From the sequence record MH221129.1: DNA of 64,000 nucleotides; one strand, written 5' to 3'. A program made the position numbers and the translations under genes. Shown here in pieces: positions 56,209-64,000 of this stretch. The notes beneath the pieces are model-generated. The model worked only from the letters and a program-made list of their open reading frames with translations, had not been told where the DNA came from and did not search any database. The stretch's first letter is position 1; each line of letters begins with the position of its first letter.

Positions 56209-56460
56209 TTAATTCTCCATTGCTTTAAATAGAACATCGACGCCGTCACGCAGAAGTGCCAACTCTTCTTCTTTTTTCTGCAGCAGCATCGTAGGGGCGT
56301 TTTTCGCAAACTCCTTCAACGCCATTTGAACGACGTGTGAATCGGTTTCGGTAGGGAACAAAGCCTTTAAGGCCACCCACTCTTCTGCGGTAAACACGTC
56401 ACCCTTTCTGACGTTACGCTGCTGTGGCAGCCGTATCGTTTTGCTAAGTCGTTCGGTCAT
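56209..56460 (-). CDS. Small hypothetical protein (83 aa)
   Basis: ATGA overlap with upstream gene. Confidence 0.65.
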   Translation of the reverse strand: MTERLSKTIRLPQQRNVRKGDVFTAEEWVALKALFPTETDSHVVQMALKEFAKNAPTMLLQKKEEELALLRDGVDVLFKAMEN

Positions 56461-56996
56461 ACTTCCACCCAAATGAGTTTGAACTGTTCGCCGTCCTGGC
56501 CGATAGGATGAACAATCATTGCTTCGGTATATTCCGGCTCATCCTCCAGTATGCGATGTTCTGCTGTCATCTCAGAGAGCTGCATGTACAAATCGTCAGG
56601 CATGTCGCCATTAAACGAAGACGTTAGGATAAACGGAATAGCCTCAGCCAAAGATAGCATCGTTTGTTTGCTGATGATAAGCTCAGCAGAACGACGACGG
56701 TTCATCCAGCTGCCCTGCTCGTGGATGTGCGGGTCGGTATTGATGTACAGTAATGGGTCGCTGTTCATCGCAACGTTCCTGGAGCACGTACGTATCGCTA
56801 TTAGCGTCCACCAGTCTAACTCAGAGATAGGAAACTGTATGGGGCGAAGCGTGCCGTCTGGCTGCGGGATGTTGAACCGGCCGACGTGCTCGTCGGTAAG
56901 TCCCACTACGGTACCGCCACCTTCTAGTGGAACATACGGTGCTTCATCGACCTCTTTTATCTCTTTAAGTTTAAATTGAATGATGTTATCAGACAT
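56457..56996 (-). CDS. Hypothetical protein (179 aa)
   Basis: SD GGGGAG. Confidence 0.75.
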   Translation of the reverse strand: MSDNIIQFKLKEIKEVDEAPYVPLEGGGTVVGLTDEHVGRFNIPQPDGTLRPIQFPISELDWWTLIAIRTCSRNVAMNSDPLLYINTDPHIHEQGSWMNRRRSAELIISKQTMLSLAEAIPFILTSSFNGDMPDDLYMQLSEMTAEHRILEDEPEYTEAMIVHPIGQDGEQFKLIWVEV

Positions 56997-57019
56997 ACGT
57001 GCTCCCCTGTTAGAAGTCT

Positions 57020-58054
57020 TTAAACTGCAACTGGCGCTTTAATTGGTGGATGGGAATCGTAGCCTTCGATTTCGAAATCTTCGAACTTATAGTCAAAGAT
57101 AGAATCCGGCTTACGCTTAATAACCAATTTCGGCAATGGTTTAGGTTCGCGGCTAAGTTGCAAATCAGCCTGTTCCAGATGGTTGGAATACAGGTGTGTA
57201 TCGCCGCCTGTCCAAACGAAATCACCCGCTACCATGTTGGCCTGTTGCGCGAACATGTGAATCAGTAACGCGTAAGACGCGATGTTAAACGGTACACCCA
57301 GGAACATATCTGCGCTACGCTGGTACAGTTGGCATGAGAGAACGCGTGCTGGTATACCACGGGCGTCGAGTTCAGCTTGCATTAAGGTGTCATTGCCAAT
57401 AATCTTGTTGGTAAACAACGCGCTATTGAAAGTCTCAGGCGTATTAATCTCCATCCAGTTCAAACGCTCATCAACAGTCAACTCGCGAGTATAGAACTGG
57501 AAGAATGCATGACATGGTGCTAAAGCCATATCGTCCAGATCAGCAACATTCCAGGCGGACACGATTATGCGGCGGTTATCCGGATCGTTTTTCAACTGAT
57601 TCATCACGGTGGATATCTGGTCTATTTCTCGAGAGGCACCCCATAACGCACAACCGTTCTCTTTATCCCACGCTTCCATTTGGTGACGATCTTCAAAGCC
57701 CCGTGCGAGCAGCTTTTCATGTTCCGCCCACGGTGCCAGTCTTAAATCGGTCCAGGTACGCCACTGTTTACCGTATACGGGACCCAGGTCACCATTTTCG
57801 TTTGCCCATTCGTCCCAGATGCTGACATTATTGTCTTTCAGGTACTGAATGTTCGTATCGCCCATGAGGAACCACAACAACTCGTGGATAATCGAGCGCA
57901 CGTGGCATTTCTTAGTCGTGACTAAAGGAAAGCCTTCTTGCAGGTTAAAGCGCATCTGACGCCCGAAGACCGACAATGTACCAGTACCGGTACGATCGGC
58001 CTTTACATTACCGTTTTCACGAACGTCACGCAGTAAGTCCAGATATTGTTTCAT
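57020..58054 (-). CDS. thyA: Thymidylate synthase
   Basis: [63 protein letters not shown]. Confidence 0.97.
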   Translation of the reverse strand: MKQYLDLLRDVRENGNVKADRTGTGTLSVFGRQMRFNLQEGFPLVTTKKCHVRSIIHELLWFLMGDTNIQYLKDNNVSIWDEWANENGDLGPVYGKQWRTWTDLRLAPWAEHEKLLARGFEDRHQMEAWDKENGCALWGASREIDQISTVMNQLKNDPDNRRIIVSAWNVADLDDMALAPCHAFFQFYTRELTVDERLNWMEINTPETFNSALFTNKIIGNDTLMQAELDARGIPARVLSCQLYQRSADMFLGVPFNIASYALLIHMFAQQANMVAGDFVWTGGDTHLYSNHLEQADLQLSREPKPLPKLVIKRKPDSIFDYKFEDFEIEGYDSHPPIKAPVAV

Positions 58055-58913
58055 TGCTAGATGTATCCTTTTTCAATTCGTTAATAATGAACATCAAATC
58101 ATCGTTCATTTTTGCGGAGGCATTGCCTTCATTAAAATCAACCGCAATTGCCGGTGCGCGTTCAAATAACAGCCCGTGCCATTTGGGGTCATGACGAACA
58201 TAACGCTCCATCGCGTCATCGACTGTGTCATTAACCTGTTTCTGGATCTTCGGCAAAGCGTCCAAATCGAACGGTCTATGCTTATACGGATTAAAACACG
58301 CAGCCAGACACTTGCTAATCATCGACTCAATGAGAAATCGTGTTGTTGCTCCAGAGGCGTAACGAACATCGCCGTCCCAGTCGGACGCCTCAGGGATAAA
58401 CATCCCCAACTCATTCATCTGACCCTTTTTGCGTATCAGCGAATAGTGACCGTTGTACACAACACGATCGAATTCCAACCCAGTCGCGCTGCATAGTGAG
58501 CGGAGGGCCATCAGCGTGTCGCCGAATATCTTTAAGAAAGAATGCAGATCGAAGTCACCTTCCTTGGGCGTATTCCATACGAGGTCCATCGCATTTAGCA
58601 TCACCGAATGTAAAGCAACATGCGGCGCACTCCCACGAATTTTCAAAGCGACGTAGTGATCCATTTGCGCGTGGAGCGGAACGTCTTTGGCTGGTTCAGA
58701 AAAATGCTGGAGGCCAATAAATGTCCAGATAGCGCGACCGATGCCGGCCGCTACTTTAAGGTTGTCCATTTTCTGCACACCTTCAGCAATCTCACCGAGA
58801 CAACGATAGAGCTTGGTGCGTTGTTGCTCATAACTGCCGTGTGTATAGACGCCGGTGGTTTGATACCACTCATTAACGGCGTGAATTTGTACTTCGTGAC
58901 TAGGCAGCTGCAT
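58026..58913 (-). CDS. Degenerate MazG-like paralogue (295 aa)
   Basis: Aligns by eye with 53796-54671 but has KLYRCLGE and AGIGRA instead of the acidic metal ligands. Confidence 0.6.
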   Translation of the reverse strand: MQLPSHEVQIHAVNEWYQTTGVYTHGSYEQQRTKLYRCLGEIAEGVQKMDNLKVAAGIGRAIWTFIGLQHFSEPAKDVPLHAQMDHYVALKIRGSAPHVALHSVMLNAMDLVWNTPKEGDFDLHSFLKIFGDTLMALRSLCSATGLEFDRVVYNGHYSLIRKKGQMNELGMFIPEASDWDGDVRYASGATTRFLIESMISKCLAACFNPYKHRPFDLDALPKIQKQVNDTVDDAMERYVRHDPKWHGLLFERAPAIAVDFNEGNASAKMNDDLMFIINELKKDTSSNETISGLTA

Positions 58914-59325
58914 GGTTAGCCTCGTATGCGTAACAGAAAGAGAAATTCAATGGCGCATCACTTCCAGCAGAAACAACGATTGCTACCGTCTGGTTGGTGA
59001 TGCTCGAGGGCAGAGAACCCTGCGAGACTTGACGGCCGGCAGCGGTGCTGAGACGACCTAACAGTTTCCAGCTCCATACCCGGCTAGTGAAGTGACAGGA
59101 TTGCAAAAAAGAAGAAGCGGTGTCGTAAGGCACATTGAAGGCCGCGAAGTCTGGGCCGGCTGCAGCCATAGCCCCATTCAACGGCAGTTCATTCGTAACA
59201 CACACGTTTACTTTCTTCCCAGACAGGCGCAATACCAAAGCTTCCCAGTTTGCCGTATCGGTACCGGGAATAATCGCTTCGTTTAAAATCAGCCCAACGC
59301 CTTTCGTAAATGCTAAATTGTTCAT
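58900..59325 (-). CDS. Hypothetical protein (141 aa)
   Basis: SD AAGGA before ATG 59325. Confidence 0.7.
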   Translation of the reverse strand: MNNLAFTKGVGLILNEAIIPGTDTANWEALVLRLSGKKVNVCVTNELPLNGAMAAAGPDFAAFNVPYDTASSFLQSCHFTSRVWSWKLLGRLSTAAGRQVSQGSLPSSITNQTVAIVVSAGSDAPLNFSFCYAYEANHAAA

Positions 59326-59374
59326 TATAATTATCCTTGCGGGTGGTTTACATACGTACACCCGCGTTTGTAAT

Positions 59375-59737
59375 TTATCGAAGAATAAGGATTTGGCTGT
59401 TGTCCTGCGGTTCGTACAACTTCAGTTTGGGTTTGCTGGGAGGATTAAACTGTAGCAACAGTTCACTCAGAATACGCCCAGGTTGTCCACTGAAGATGAC
59501 CAGATGCGTTGTGTCCTCATTATCTCCAAGTCGTGAGAAAGCAACACGTGGTGATGCAGCTTCTGTATAAAGCTGCAGCAGTTGAAACTTACCTTCTGCG
59601 AACGGCGCAAGTTTCTCTTTCCATTCCTTCTTAGATGCTTCGTCTAACTCTAATGTGCGCACCCGTTTCCCATCGCTATCCGCAATCCCACAAACAAACA
59701 CAATCCCATGACGATTAAAGAAAAAGCCGATTTGCAT
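59375..59737 (-). CDS. Hypothetical protein (120 aa)
   Basis: SD AAGGAG. Confidence 0.75.
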   Translation of the reverse strand: MQIGFFFNRHGIVFVCGIADSDGKRVRTLELDEASKKEWKEKLAPFAEGKFQLLQLYTEAASPRVAFSRLGDNEDTTHLVIFSGQPGRILSELLLQFNPPSKPKLKLYEPQDNSQILILR

Positions 59738-59794
59738 TTAAATACTCCTTAAGGAAAAATAAAAGCAACCCTCTCCCGAAGGAGAGGGCACTGC

Positions 59795-60454
59795 TTAGAT
59801 GCGTGTGTCATTATCCCAGTAAGCCCGGATAACTTCTTGGTCATCAGCATTGGACGGATTACCAGGAATAGCATCTTCAACTGCGAACGGTAAAACGTCT
59901 TTAATGGTTGTCAGCTCGAACCGCTCTACTTCCAGTTCAACCTTCACCCATTCACCAAAAGACGTCGAGTCGCGTAACTCACCGACTAATGCCTCGAACC
60001 CTTCCAGCGAATCAATCACGGGGTGGCCTTGCATGATAAAGAACATGTCAATGTCCCAGTGCTTGGCACCCTGCTCAGCGAGTTCACCTGGCTCTAGGTG
60101 TAGACGACGTACCAGGTGCGCCAGATTGCCGTCATCGTAGAACGTCAGACCGGTTGCAAAACCGATATCCGAGTTTTCTTCGATACGACCATCACTGACC
60201 TGACGTTTCAGCGTCAGCACCGCTTTACCGTCAGAGGTTAGGCGAACACGACGCTTGCCATTCGCAACAGGCATGATCACATCCAGGAATACCGCACCGG
60301 CTTGCTCAAACAGCCAATCCCAACCTTCAGCAGTCGGCTTTACCCACATGCAGTATTCGCGTTCTTTCTCCGTAGAGATAGACTCGCGAGCAACAGTGCG
60401 GACTTCTTTTTCCTGTTGCTCGTCTAAGTTTCTAAGGACGTCAAATAATCCCAT
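59795..60454 (-). CDS. CYTH/triphosphate-tunnel-like protein
   Basis: EKEREY (ExE-like), KRRVRL, LTLK, IEE, WDID and VELEV pattern. Confidence 0.6.
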   Translation of the reverse strand: MGLFDVLRNLDEQQEKEVRTVARESISTEKEREYCMWVKPTAEGWDWLFEQAGAVFLDVIMPVANGKRRVRLTSDGKAVLTLKRQVSDGRIEENSDIGFATGLTFYDDGNLAHLVRRLHLEPGELAEQGAKHWDIDMFFIMQGHPVIDSLEGFEALVGELRDSTSFGEWVKVELEVERFELTTIKDVLPFAVEDAIPGNPSNADDQEVIRAYWDNDTRI

Positions 60455-61289
60455 TTTTGATTCCTAACTTGTTGAGGACTTCAAGATAGTCGAAGGAACT
60501 ACCTTCCGGGTCGATATACGCGGCCACCTTCAGAATCAAAGACGGCAACCAGTCCCAGTGAGGAGGAAACATCTTTCTCCCCTGGTAGGTGTAATAGTGT
60601 TTGAGAGGGACATTGGCTTGCGCGATTTCCGCGAAGACATTCCCCAACGAGACGCCGTCTGATGTCAAGACATGCAGTTTGCCCACCAAGGCGGCGATGA
60701 AACATTTCTCCGCTTCCTCAGTGAACGCACCAGGGCGATAAGACGTCCCACCATAAATCTCAGACTTCAACTGCCTACCGAGACGAATACATTCGGTCCC
60801 GTCCACCGCACGGAGTTGCTCAATCGCCAGATACTCCGCAGTGATACGACGCATCGCATCGAACTCCGCTACACGGGTTCGTTCTGACACATCAACCATC
60901 GCATAGTCGACAATGCGAAGATAGTGGTAGTAACCCTCGAGTGTGGAGAACGGCCCATGTGGGGTAACAAAATACTCACCGCGACGGGAATAGAAGTTAC
61001 TGGCCATGCGACCAATCTCAGTACGGGCTTGCGAATAGATGTTGTAGTGATTCAGCCCATCGGTTGACGGGGTGATGTCGACTAACGTATTCTGAAAACC
61101 TACACGGCGAAGATAACGCACGTAGGCTTCTTTTTCGTCAGGCGTAAAGACGATGTGCATTACCGGTGCAGCCTTTGCTTGTCCTGGGGCAACAAAACCC
61201 AACATGGCAGCAACAGCAATTTCCGGTGTACCATCGTTGCGGACACGCTCTAACGCACCACGCAAAAACTTACCTTCATCATTCGACAT
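60441..61289 (-). CDS. NADAR (YbiA / T4 gp30.3-like) domain protein
   Basis: NIYS......ASNF......F.TLEGYY...R pattern; start reassigned to 61289. Confidence 0.6.
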   Translation of the reverse strand: MSNDEGKFLRGALERVRNDGTPEIAVAAMLGFVAPGQAKAAPVMHIVFTPDEKEAYVRYLRRVGFQNTLVDITPSTDGLNHYNIYSQARTEIGRMASNFYSRRGEYFVTPHGPFSTLEGYYHYLRIVDYAMVDVSERTRVAEFDAMRRITAEYLAIEQLRAVDGTECIRLGRQLKSEIYGGTSYRPGAFTEEAEKCFIAALVGKLHVLTSDGVSLGNVFAEIAQANVPLKHYYTYQGRKMFPPHWDWLPSLILKVAAYIDPEGSSFDYLEVLNKLGIKNGII

Positions 61290-61299
61290 ACTGGGTACC

Positions 61300-62559
61300 T
61301 TATACAGGGAAATAGTTTTGCACCAGCGAACTGGCAGATTGGTATTGCACGCTGCCACCGGCGATCACGTAGGGACGTTTCTCGGTAGTAAGCAGTGCTT
61401 GTATCGCATTACTGTTTGCGTAGCTGTAGAGCTTTAACTCGATCATGCTCGGAATCGTTTTAGAGTGATCCCAATTCGGGTCAAGCGCGTTAAACAGCGC
61501 CAGCAAGCGGGTACCGTAACTGCGATAACCAACCCCCGTTTCAACGGTCAGGTTTGCCAATAAATTCTGAATTACGGTGTCGGCCAACTCAGCGCCCTGC
61601 CCAGGTTGCAACTTCGTCAGATAATACTCTACTGACGTGAGGTTGCCAGAGGCCGCTGCTTGTACCATCAGTTCCCCGTACAACGCTTGTTGCGCCACCG
61701 GGTCAGTGATAGCCTGAATCATTGGGTCAACCTTGTCAGGTAAGCCGTACTGGTTCAGTTTCGTTGAGATACCGTAAATCAGTGCCGAAGAGGTGTTGAT
61801 GTCCAGCGATGAAAAGCTGTCCGTTCCTTTGAAACTATCGATAAGGTTGCTGATAGACAGATAGTCGTCCAGATCCTTAAAGCTGTCAAAGGTGTGGGTG
61901 ACATCATCAATGAGCGAGGTGACTTCGTACTTAGCCGAGTTCACGATGCTCATGTAATTGTTGACTTCTTGCGCGACTTCACTTGGGAGTTTCGCCAACT
62001 GGCCCGCGATATTCATCGTGGATTCCAGTCGCGATTTTACCGAAGCGTAGTCAGTACCGATGGCAGACAACGCATTATCGCGAATGTCCATCAGACTGCT
62101 CCAGCCTTTACTTAACAGACTGCCTGCACCACCCGGTGATAGATAGCTAAGCGCATTCTGACCTTCCTGGTTAATTTTCTGGAAGGGTTCGGAGACGTCA
62201 CGCTTTTGTGGGTCGAGTACCGGTAACGCGTTTTTGGTGTCGGATGCGAACGTCGGGATGCGCTGTGGAGGTGAAACCCCTGACGCGGCAGACCCTGCGG
62301 TTTTAACACCGCTGACAGATGCCGTGTCGCTACCACCAAACAAGTTACCGATCTTCTCACCAAGACCACTACCAGTTTCGTAGAGTTTGTTAAACGTCTC
62401 CCCGGCTTTAGATGCAAGGCTGCTGACAGTATCTTGCGCATTCTGAATGCCACGTTCAGCATCGGCAACCGTGCTTTGTACACGGTTTGCTGCATTGTTG
62501 ACGGTATTCTGCGCATTACCAATTTGACTGGTGATCCCGTCAAGGTTGTTCAGTTTCAT
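61300..62559 (-). CDS. Probable virion protein with low-complexity helical N-terminus (419 aa)
   Basis: Long ORF, Ala/Ser/Gln/Asn-rich; function inferred. Confidence 0.6.
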   Translation of the reverse strand: MKLNNLDGITSQIGNAQNTVNNAANRVQSTVADAERGIQNAQDTVSSLASKAGETFNKLYETGSGLGEKIGNLFGGSDTASVSGVKTAGSAASGVSPPQRIPTFASDTKNALPVLDPQKRDVSEPFQKINQEGQNALSYLSPGGAGSLLSKGWSSLMDIRDNALSAIGTDYASVKSRLESTMNIAGQLAKLPSEVAQEVNNYMSIVNSAKYEVTSLIDDVTHTFDSFKDLDDYLSISNLIDSFKGTDSFSSLDINTSSALIYGISTKLNQYGLPDKVDPMIQAITDPVAQQALYGELMVQAAASGNLTSVEYYLTKLQPGQGAELADTVIQNLLANLTVETGVGYRSYGTRLLALFNALDPNWDHSKTIPSMIELKLYSYANSNAIQALLTTEKRPYVIAGGSVQYQSASSLVQNYFPV

Positions 62560-63421
62560 TGGAACTCCAGAATCGATATGTTGTTAGATCCACTTTTTGC
62601 GTGGCTTCATAGGACAGACCGTTACCGTGCCGAATTTTGAACGTAATTTCAAATTCACGAATGTCCATTGCCTGGAGGATGATTAAAAACCATCGCCAAG
62701 TAATAGCCTCTGTGTGCCGGAGAGCCTGCTTCATGTTGTTCCGTCGGTCGCCTCGCTTTGACGACGTTCCCGGACACAACTTCGGATTGTTCACGTAGTT
62801 GGTTGACCAACGTTCCCAGTTAGCTGGGGTGATTTTGTACGCCGCCATGAATCGATAAATCAACCTTAATAAAGGGTGCTTCATCACATGCGTGTACGTG
62901 TGCACGGCATCTTCGATATAACGGTTAACATCACGAGATGCTGAGCTATCAAATTTTTCCTTGCGTTTGCGACGATTCTCGTCACGCAAGTTCTTCAGGA
63001 AATCAGGACGCACCCACGTCCCATCCTGCACCCATGCTTTCGAGCCAAAGTTCCCACGTTTAGCGTCAATGGTGATAGTCAGATGTTCCATCTGCATCAC
63101 CGCCAAGCCCTCGATAAAACGTTTCCAGGTTAAATCCGCTGGAAAGTCTGCAGAACTGCCCCCAGTAAGAGCCGTCATTAATCGACTGAGTCTGTCAATT
63201 TGTGTGGTCTTCTTACTGTCACGGAACTGTTTTAAGTACGCTTCGTTACTGATGTGCTCCCTCAATAACTCTCGCCAGGTAGACTCACTATAACCCTGCT
63301 GCGTAAACAGTTCCCAAAATGCGATGCGTAGCGGTTTCCCCGAAGGGTCCACAGCCGGCATCTTTCCCGAGAGGAGAACTTTGATATTACTTTCTCCTCG
63401 GGTTTTCTTTTCATCTTCCAT
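62540..63421 (-). CDS. Hypothetical protein with internally duplicated domain (293 aa)
   Basis: Two similar halves (W..L...I.N ... LTW..F...L..M......I...K.G). Confidence 0.75.
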   Translation of the reverse strand: MEDEKKTRGESNIKVLLSGKMPAVDPSGKPLRIAFWELFTQQGYSESTWRELLREHISNEAYLKQFRDSKKTTQIDRLSRLMTALTGGSSADFPADLTWKRFIEGLAVMQMEHLTITIDAKRGNFGSKAWVQDGTWVRPDFLKNLRDENRRKRKEKFDSSASRDVNRYIEDAVHTYTHVMKHPLLRLIYRFMAAYKITPANWERWSTNYVNNPKLCPGTSSKRGDRRNNMKQALRHTEAITWRWFLIILQAMDIREFEITFKIRHGNGLSYEATQKVDLTTYRFWSSNETEQP

Positions 63422-63452
63422 ATATCACCTTGTTACAAGGGAGTGATGTCCG

Positions 63453-63983
63453 TTAGAGATAGTGTTCCACTATGGTCTCTAACTCGCGGAGGATGTGCGC
63501 GGTTTGATTGTACAAGGTATCCCTTTCGGGGGTTTGTTTATCGAACGCACACTGATACAAATCTAACATCGCGAAAACTGTGCGGAGTTTATCGCGTGCT
63601 ATTTCTGGATTCGGCGTACCGAAATATTGGTCGAGCCAACGACTAGCGACCTGTTCTCCTTTTCTGTCAATTGCTTCGGGTAAGTCCAGCCAACGTTGAT
63701 TGGGTAGATTGCTATTGGTTACACGATTATACTCAGAGATAAAAAACTCCAACCGCTCCACTAACGTATCAAAGTCCCCAATACGTAATTCGAGTTTACC
63801 ACGTAAACTCATGGGGCGATAAATATCCCCATTATATTCCAGAGGCTCTGTAATAAGCTCTAAGCCTACCATAACACGTTGTAAGGTATTATGGGTATTC
63901 TTATGAAACTCGGCCTCTAAATCGCGTCTGCGGCTCTTTACAGCCTTCTGACGCAGGAGTGTTGAAAGCCATTTGAAAAGCAT
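63453..63983 (-). CDS. Hypothetical protein (176 aa), hydrophobic/basic N-terminus
   Basis: SD AGGA. Confidence 0.75.
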   Translation of the reverse strand: MLFKWLSTLLRQKAVKSRRRDLEAEFHKNTHNTLQRVMVGLELITEPLEYNGDIYRPMSLRGKLELRIGDFDTLVERLEFFISEYNRVTNSNLPNQRWLDLPEAIDRKGEQVASRWLDQYFGTPNPEIARDKLRTVFAMLDLYQCAFDKQTPERDTLYNQTAHILRELETIVEHYL

Positions 63984-64000
63984 AGGTGTTATCCTATAAT

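Overview
A 64-kb segment of a phiKZ-related jumbo myovirus genome; the gene order resembles the Salmonella SPN3US / Erwinia phiEaH2-like group. No host DNA, CRISPR array, IS, integrase or clear intein was seen. Most genes are on the minus strand. Recognisable core genes are: a split family-B DNA polymerase subunit (truncated at the left edge), terminase large subunit, tail sheath and tube, prohead protease, three virion RNA polymerase subunits, a 2377-aa tape-measure/lytic transglycosylase, thymidylate synthase and other nucleotide-metabolism genes. The most unexplained part is ~9.65-15.1 kb. It holds 7 canonical tRNAs and 3 aberrant tRNA-like genes, one with a hairpin in place of the anticodon loop. 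These are interleaved with at least six highly base-paired non-coding elements, including a ~550-nt and a ~290-nt ornate RNA candidate. It is followed by an AT-rich, palindrome- and GATC-rich candidate origin. Also notable are several apparent enzyme fragments or pseudo-enzymes: a stand-alone ribonucleotide-reductase C-terminal Cys tail, a ligase-like protein lacking KxDG, and a degenerate MazG paralogue. All protein calls come from motif recognition and synteny by eye; no database search or folding program was run.
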